Assembly (NCBI GenBank): GCA_963834895.1
Contig: CAWIDM010000003.1
Span: 909,569 to 973,568 of the forward strand
From: Vulcanimicrobiota bacterium
Lineage (GTDB): Bacteria; Vulcanimicrobiota; Vulcanimicrobiia; Vulcanimicrobiales; Vulcanimicrobiaceae
Direction of reading: 5' to 3'
Length of the DNA stretch: 64,000 bases
Below the pieces are notes generated by a model. That model was not told the DNA's origin, ran no database searches, and was given only the letters and a program-made list of their open reading frames with translations. Below are positions 58,761 to 64,000 of this stretch, piece after piece. The translations under genes and the position numbers were made by a program. Numbering within the stretch: position 1 is the first letter of the stretch; the number at the start of each line of letters is the position of its first letter.

Positions 58761-59031
58761 GAGCCTGCCGGACTATGCTCGTGTGCGATGCTGAGGTCGA
58801 TTTCGGATGAGCTTTAGGAGCGAGGGAGGGAGCATAGCAGCGCTCTGCAACCGACCGAGCGACGACAAGATCGCCGAAATCGACCTCAGCCCTTGGGGTT
58901 GGTCGCGGCGCCAATCGCCGACTGCGTCTCTCCTCGCTCAAATGGCGCTGTCATTCCACGCTCGTCGATCCTTGTCGGCGAATGGCGGCGCGAACAACAG
59001 CGCGCACGACCATAGTCCGGCAGGCTCCTAA
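58757..59031. mobile_element. MITE-like element E3 (275 bp, different TIR family, core homologous to E1/E2)
   Basis: TTAGGAGCCTGCCGGACTATGCTCGTGTGCGATG at 58757-58790 pairs with an inverted partner ending at 59031. The first 21 nt match perfectly and 31 of 34 match overall. There is an internal perfect 17-bp inverted repeat, 58790-58806 with 58874-58890. Confidence 0.75.
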
Positions 59032-60482
59032 TGTCCCGGGTTCGAACGCGCGTCGCGCCGTCGCCCACCGGCGATCCGCACGTAGGGACGGCGTACGTCG
59101 CGCTGGTCAACTACTGCTTCGCGCGCAAGCACGGCGGTGAGTTCGTCCTGCGCATCGAGGACACCGATCAAGCGCGCAGCACCGCCGAGAGCGAGCGCGC
59201 AATCCTCCAGACCCTGCACTGGTGCGGCCTCGATTGGGACGAAGGCCCCGACGTCGGCGGCCCGCACGGCCCTTACCGCCAGAGCGAACGCACCGAGATC
59301 TATCACGAGTACGCGCAGAAGCTGCTGGCCGGCGGCCACGCCTTCAAGTGTTTCTGCGCGCCGCAGCGCCTCGAGGAGATGCGGGTCGCACAGCGCGCCG
59401 CGGGTCAGCCCTCGCGCTACGACGGGCTCTGCCGCGCCTGTTCGCCCGAAGAGGTCGCGCGCCGCGAGGCTGCCGGCGAGCCGTACGTCGTGCGGATGGT
59501 CGTTCCAGACGAAGGAGTTTGCGTCGTCGAAGATCTTCGCCGCGGACCAATCGAGTTCGACTACAAGAGCGTCGACATGCAGGTGCTCGTGAAATCGGAC
59601 GGCATGCCGACCTATCACCTCGCCAACGTCGTCGACGATCACCTCATGGCGATCACGCACGTTTTCCGCGGCGAAGAGTGGGTCTCGAGCGCTCCCAAGC
59701 ACCTCTTGCTCTACTCGTACTTCGGCTGGCAGCCGCCGAAGCTGATGCACCTTCCGCTGCTGCGCAATCCCGACAAGAGCAAGCTGAGCAAACGCAAGAA
59801 CCCCACCGGCATCCTCTTCTACCGCGCGATGGGCTATCTGCCGGAGGCGCTGATCAACTTCTTGGCGTTGCTGGCCAACGCACCGCGCGAGGGCGAGGAC
59901 GAGCTGATGGATCTCGCTGCGATCGTGCGGCGGTTCGAGGTCGAGCACGTGCCGGTCGGCGGCCCCGTCTTCGACGTCGCGAAGCTCGACTGGTTGAACG
60001 CGCGCTACATTCGCGAGCGGCTCGACGCGGCGTCGTTCGTCGAACGCGTCAAGGAGTGGGCGATCTCGCCGCAGCGCGTGACCCGCATTGCCGAGCTCGC
60101 GGCGCCGCGAATCGAGCGCTTGAGCGACTTGGGACCGCTGCTCGCCTTTCTCTTCTCGGGACGCATCGCGCCGCGCGCGCAAGACTTTCAGAGCAAGAAG
60201 CTCGACGAAGACGAGACGAAGCGAGCTCTGACCCTCGCGCTCGCCGAGTTCGACGCGCTGCCCGCCTGGAATGCATTTTCGATCGAGACGGCCATCAAGG
60301 CAGTCGCGGAATCCCTCGACAAGAAGGTGCGCGACGTGGCGCGTCCGTTCTACGTCGCAATCACCGGCAGCCCCACTTCGATTCCGCTCTACGACTCGAT
60401 GGAGCTGCTCGGACGCGACATCGTGCGGGAGCGCCTGCGCAATGCCCTCGATTGCCTGGCGCGCGAATCGGTGCCGGCATGA
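59031..60482 (+). CDS. gltX: Glutamate--tRNA ligase
   Basis: HIGH-type motif PTGDPHVGTA and KMSKS-type motif KLSKRK. 483 aa. Confidence 0.95.
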   Translation: MSRVRTRVAPSPTGDPHVGTAYVALVNYCFARKHGGEFVLRIEDTDQARSTAESERAILQTLHWCGLDWDEGPDVGGPHGPYRQSERTEIYHEYAQKLLAGGHAFKCFCAPQRLEEMRVAQRAAGQPSRYDGLCRACSPEEVARREAAGEPYVVRMVVPDEGVCVVEDLRRGPIEFDYKSVDMQVLVKSDGMPTYHLANVVDDHLMAITHVFRGEEWVSSAPKHLLLYSYFGWQPPKLMHLPLLRNPDKSKLSKRKNPTGILFYRAMGYLPEALINFLALLANAPREGEDELMDLAAIVRRFEVEHVPVGGPVFDVAKLDWLNARYIRERLDAASFVERVKEWAISPQRVTRIAELAAPRIERLSDLGPLLAFLFSGRIAPRAQDFQSKKLDEDETKRALTLALAEFDALPAWNAFSIETAIKAVAESLDKKVRDVARPFYVAITGSPTSIPLYDSMELLGRDIVRERLRNALDCLARESVPA

Positions 60483-61828
60483 CGCGCGCGATCGTTCTCG
60501 CCGCGGGCAAAGGCACGCGCATGAAGAGCGCGCGCTCGAAAGTGCTCCACGAGCTCTGCGGGCGCCCGATGCTCTGGTACGTCGTGACGGCGCTGCGCGG
60601 CGCTGGCATCGACGAAATCCTCGTCGTCGTGAATCGCGAGCTCGAAGAGCATATCCACCGCTTCGACGTCGACGGCGTCCTGCAGGCCGAGCAGCGCGGG
60701 ACCGGTCATGCGGTGCGCGTCGCGCTCGAACGGCTCGAGCCGTGTCCGAGCGGCCGAATCGTCGTCGCCTGCGGCGACATGCCCCTCGTTACCGAAGAGA
60801 TCTTCCGCGGCATGGTCGGCTCGCTCGACGCGGCCGAGAGAGACGGCGCGGTCATGTCGCTCGTTACCGTCAAGATGCCCTTGCCGTCCTATTTTGGTCG
60901 CGTCGTACGGCGCGGACCCGTCGTCGAGCGCATCGTCGAGGTGAGCGACGCTACGCCCGACGAGCTCGCGATCGACGAGATGAACGCCGGCATCTACGCC
61001 TTCGACGAGGCGGCGCTTCGCGAGGCCGTGACGCATCTGCGCGACGACAACGCGCAATCGGAGTACTACCTCACCGATACGGTTCGCTACTTCGTCGATG
61101 CCGGCCGGCACGTGCGGCCGGTGCTGGCCACCGACCATCTCCACGTATTGGGCATCAACGACCGGCTCGAGCTTGCGCAAGCCCGCCGCGAGATGAACGC
61201 GCGCCTCTGTGCTCAGCACATGCGCGACGGCGTAACGATCGTCGACCCGGAGACGACCTACCTCGAGCCGGAGCTCGAGATCGGGAGCGATACGGTCCTA
61301 TATCCCAATACGACTATCGCGCGGCTTTCAAAGATCGGTAAGAGCTGCGTGATCGGCCCCAACACGCGCCTCTCCCACGCCGTTCTCGGCGAACGCGTCA
61401 CGGCGCGCGAGAGTATCCTGATCAACGTGACGCTCGACAACGACGTCTCGGTGGGACCGTTCGCGCACCTTCGCGACGAAACGAGCCTCGCGCAGCGCGT
61501 CCACGTCGGGAATTTCGTGGAGATCAAGAAATCCAGGCTCGCTCGCGGCGTCAAGGTGAGCCACCTCTCCTATCTCGGCGATGCGGAGATCGGCGAGGAG
61601 ACGAACCTCGGCGCCGGCACGATCACCTGCAACTTCGACGGGACCCAGAAGCACCCGACCGTCATCGGGCGCGACGTTTCGATCGGCTCGAATACCTCGC
61701 TCGTCGCGCCCGTCAGCATCGGCGACGGCGCGCTGACCGGCGCAGGATCGGTCGTAACCAGAGACGTCCCCAGCGGCGAACGCGTCGCAGGCAATCCCGC
61801 GCGACCCTTGCCGAAAAAATGCGATTGA
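60479..61828 (+). CDS. glmU: Bifunctional GlcNAc-1-P uridyltransferase / GlcN-1-P acetyltransferase
   Basis: LAAGKGTRMKS and C-terminal left-handed beta-helix hexapeptide repeats. ATGA overlap with the gltX stop. Confidence 0.9.
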   Translation: MTRAIVLAAGKGTRMKSARSKVLHELCGRPMLWYVVTALRGAGIDEILVVVNRELEEHIHRFDVDGVLQAEQRGTGHAVRVALERLEPCPSGRIVVACGDMPLVTEEIFRGMVGSLDAAERDGAVMSLVTVKMPLPSYFGRVVRRGPVVERIVEVSDATPDELAIDEMNAGIYAFDEAALREAVTHLRDDNAQSEYYLTDTVRYFVDAGRHVRPVLATDHLHVLGINDRLELAQARREMNARLCAQHMRDGVTIVDPETTYLEPELEIGSDTVLYPNTTIARLSKIGKSCVIGPNTRLSHAVLGERVTARESILINVTLDNDVSVGPFAHLRDETSLAQRVHVGNFVEIKKSRLARGVKVSHLSYLGDAEIGEETNLGAGTITCNFDGTQKHPTVIGRDVSIGSNTSLVAPVSIGDGALTGAGSVVTRDVPSGERVAGNPARPLPKKCD

Positions 61829-62934
61829 CGCTCGGCGTGCTCTTTGCGCTGGTACTCGCCGCCCTTGCGGCGTCGGCGGCCGCCCAGCGCCCCGACGCGC
61901 TCGACCTGCGGATCGACTCGCTCAGCCGGAGCGCGCTCTTGAGCGAGCCCGCAACGCTGCTCGTCGATCCCGCGCGCCAGGCCGCTGCAATTCGGCGCGC
62001 CCATTGGACGGTTTACGGATTCGTGCTGACGCAGCTCTTCGAGGCCGCAGCGCTTTACTATCTCTGGAGCTCGGGCATGGCGGCGGCGCTGCGTGACGCG
62101 CTTCGGCGGCGGCTGCGCAGCGAGTGGGCGGTGCGCTTCGCCTTTGGCGCGGCGCTCGCGCTAGTCGCGCGGGTCGCCGCGTTCGTTCCGGCCTTCTATC
62201 TCTATCGCGTCGACCGCACTCTCGATCTCACCTACGAGTTGACGCGGATCTGGGGCCTTTACTGGATCTTGCATACGCTGCTGGCGATGGTCATCGCGGG
62301 CTTCATCGCGGCGATGGTTCTCTGGCTGGTATCGCGCACGCACCAATGGTACGTCTATGCGATCTTGGGTATTCTTGCCGCGAGCGTCGCATGGTCCTAC
62401 GTCAGCCTCTATTTTCCGTCGTCGGATTCGCGGCTCGTGCGCGCTCCCGGGGGCGTCACGGCCCGAGTTCCGAGCGAGCTGATCCCCGGCAGGACGCGCG
62501 CCGAGCTCGAGTACGAGGCTGCCGTGACCGCATACGTGGCTCGCTACGATCAGCTCTCGATCGCGCTCATCGAGGGCGGCATCGTCATCATCTTCGCAGC
62601 GATCGCGGTGGTGATTGCCGATCGCATCCGGTTCCGGCGCGACGACGATCCGCTCTCGCGTCTCGCGATCGTCGGAGCGCTGCTCGCGCTCGTGTACCTC
62701 TCCGCGGTACCGGTTCGCAATGCGGTGTTGCAATCGTACGATTTCTCCGCCGACTCCTACGCGGTCGCGCTGACCGGGGCGCCCTCGGCTGCGGTGCGCG
62801 CGCTGGTGCGAGTTGGGGATCAGCGTATGGTCGAGGTCTGTCCCGAGCGCAGCGCGCTGCTCTTTCTCTACACGACGCCCGGTATCGGCGCGCGCATCGC
62901 GGCGATCAACCACGTTCCGAGCTCGTGTCCGTAG
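61819..62934 (+). CDS. Membrane protein, degenerate M48 (Ste24/HtpX-like) fold lacking HExxH
   Basis: Signal/TM N-terminus and several TM helices. The C-terminus FSADSYAVALTGAPSAAVRALVRV...TTPGIGARIAAIN resembles the M48 tail (E.eADr.A..lg.p..l..AL.kl...sHPp..eRi). At the expected HExxH position the sequence reads AVTAYVARYD. Confidence 0.4.
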   Translation: MRLTLGVLFALVLAALAASAAAQRPDALDLRIDSLSRSALLSEPATLLVDPARQAAAIRRAHWTVYGFVLTQLFEAAALYYLWSSGMAAALRDALRRRLRSEWAVRFAFGAALALVARVAAFVPAFYLYRVDRTLDLTYELTRIWGLYWILHTLLAMVIAGFIAAMVLWLVSRTHQWYVYAILGILAASVAWSYVSLYFPSSDSRLVRAPGGVTARVPSELIPGRTRAELEYEAAVTAYVARYDQLSIALIEGGIVIIFAAIAVVIADRIRFRRDDDPLSRLAIVGALLALVYLSAVPVRNAVLQSYDFSADSYAVALTGAPSAAVRALVRVGDQRMVEVCPERSALLFLYTTPGIGARIAAINHVPSSCP

Positions 62935-63508
62935 GCTCCCACGTATTCACGAAGCGCATCGCCGCTTCGACACCGTCGTCGAGCCACCGCTCGACGCCGT
63001 CGGCCGCGGCTGCGATAATCGCCGGCAATGCGCGGCGCTCCTCGTCGTGAAAGGGGCTTAGGACGTGATCGACGCTGTCGTACTCGGGACGGCCGAGGCC
63101 GATGCGAAGACGCGGGAACTCTTCGCCGATCGTCGCGATGACCGAGCGCAATCCGTTGTGTCCGCCATGTCCGCCGGCCGGGCGCATGCGCAGCTTCCCG
63201 AACGGCAGATCCATGTCGTCGCTGACCACGAGCACGCCCTCGGCCGACGTGCGATACCACGATGAGATCAGGCGAACCGGTGTGCCGGAGAGATTCATGA
63301 AGGTTAGCGGCTTAACGAAGACGACGTTGTGCGCCGCGTCGTCAGCCTGGTTCGCGCCGTCGTGTTTCTTCCACTTGGCAATCCCGTAGCGCCGCGCGAC
63401 TTCGTCGATTACCATGAAGCCGACGTTGTGACGCGTCGCGGCGTACTCTGCGCCGGGATTGCCGAGACCGACCACGAGCCGTCGATGCGCCCTTCGACTT
63501 TGCTCCAC
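62906..63508 (-). CDS. pth: Peptidyl-tRNA hydrolase
   Basis: LVVGLGNPGAEYAATRHNVGF and HGGHNGLRS. The start is GTG 63508 or GTG 63475. Confidence 0.9.
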   Translation of the reverse strand: MEQSRRAHRRLVVGLGNPGAEYAATRHNVGFMVIDEVARRYGIAKWKKHDGANQADDAAHNVVFVKPLTFMNLSGTPVRLISSWYRTSAEGVLVVSDDMDLPFGKLRMRPAGGHGGHNGLRSVIATIGEEFPRLRIGLGRPEYDSVDHVLSPFHDEERRALPAIIAAAADGVERWLDDGVEAAMRFVNTWEPTDTSSERG

Positions 63509-63562
63509 TTCGACTCGCTGCGCTCGCTCAGTCTCGCTTCGCTCAGGATAACAGGAGCCGAG

Positions 63563-64000
63563 TCACTGCTCCTCGGCGGGAGCGGCGGCCGGTTCGACGG
63601 CGCCGATGACTTCGGGCTCGGCGACCTCTTCGACCGGAGCCGCGGCCTCTTCGAGCTCGCGCGCGGTGCGCGACGCTTCGATCGCAACGACGATCGTCTC
63701 CGGCGAGGTGAGCAATCGAAAACCGGCCGGCAGTTTTACTTCACCGGCGGTGACGTGCTCGTGAATACCGAGCTCGGTCACGTCGACCTCGAGATGCTCG
63801 GGAATCTTGTCCGCGGGTCCGGCGATCTCGAGCTCGTGCGTGATCACATCCATAACGGCGCCGGCGTTACGCACGCCCTCCGCGACGCCGACGGTCACGA
63901 TCGCGAGCCGCGCGTCGATCGTTTCGTCCGCGGAGACGCGCTGAAGATCGGCGTGAACGGCGCGGCGTGAAACGGGATGGCGCTGGATCTCGCGCACGAG
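63563..64000 (-). CDS. ctc: 50S ribosomal protein L25 / general stress protein Ctc (partial, 5' end outside the window)
   Basis: HPVSRRAVHADLQRV...VTVGVAEGVRNAGAVMDVITHELE followed by an acidic Ala/Glu/Pro tail. It runs off the window edge. Confidence 0.85.
   Translation of the reverse strand, partial: LVREIQRHPVSRRAVHADLQRVSADETIDARLAIVTVGVAEGVRNAGAVMDVITHELEIAGPADKIPEHLEVDVTELGIHEHVTAGEVKLPAGFRLLTSPETIVVAIEASRTARELEEAAAPVEEVAEPEVIGAVEPAAAPAEEQ

Noticed and set aside
63509-63562. The repetitive CGCTCGCTCAG / CGCTTCGCTCAG motif between pth and ctc as a fragment of the MITE family.
   Set aside because: It shows only a vague resemblance to the element cores, has no TIR, and is too short to judge.

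Overview
Visibly GC-rich bacterial chromosome segment (GC not computed) with strong third-position GC bias. That bias explains the many long antisense ORFs in the six-frame track, which I treat as artefacts. I support about 60 protein genes. I recognised no rRNA, tRNA or CRISPR array. Layout: (1) 14-13188, a twelve-gene, almost gap-free dcw-type cell-wall operon (ftsI murE murF X mraY murD ftsW murG murC murB ddl). X is a CofE-fold ligase-like gene wedged between murF and mraY, and no ftsQAZ follows ddl. (2) 13.2-41 kb, housekeeping genes: citrate synthase, hisA, alr, CIRCE-controlled groESL, korAB, cobB, an APC permease, hsp20-lon with a second CIRCE-like operator, selD, a class V aminotransferase, cvpA-pheTS with a YqzL-like mini-ORF, trmH-family, NUDIX, infC-rpmI-rplT and rocD. 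(3) 41-55.3 kb, an accessory-looking block. It holds two paralogous GT39/PMT-like GT-C glycosyltransferases, tag, a PLC/AcpA-type phosphoesterase, and a long minus-strand operon: GH125 mannosidase, tricorn protease, DUF2723 GT-C protein, malate-synthase relic, GT39, acyl-CoA synthetase. (4) 55.3-64 kb: meaB, split B12 acyl-CoA mutase, gltX, glmU, an M48-like protein, pth and ctc. The most unusual signals are as follows. Three roughly 275-bp MITE-like elements belong to two TIR families but share a homologous core held in stems whose sequences differ, and each starts inside the stop codon of the upstream gene. The mannosyltransferase/mannosidase/tricorn operon is not a system I know to be described. 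The CofE-like gene sits inside the murF-mraY junction. Other points are a forced head-to-head overlap of tag with GT39-A, two probable pseudo-enzymes, a non-canonical ATA start for infC, and a read-through hairpin directly before pheS. Synteny (trmH-pheST, infC-rpmI-rplT, CIRCE, YqzL, glmU/ctc/pth) has a Firmicutes/Terrabacteria flavour, but I cannot assign a taxon from sequence alone. All homology calls come from motif recognition by eye, not from searches.
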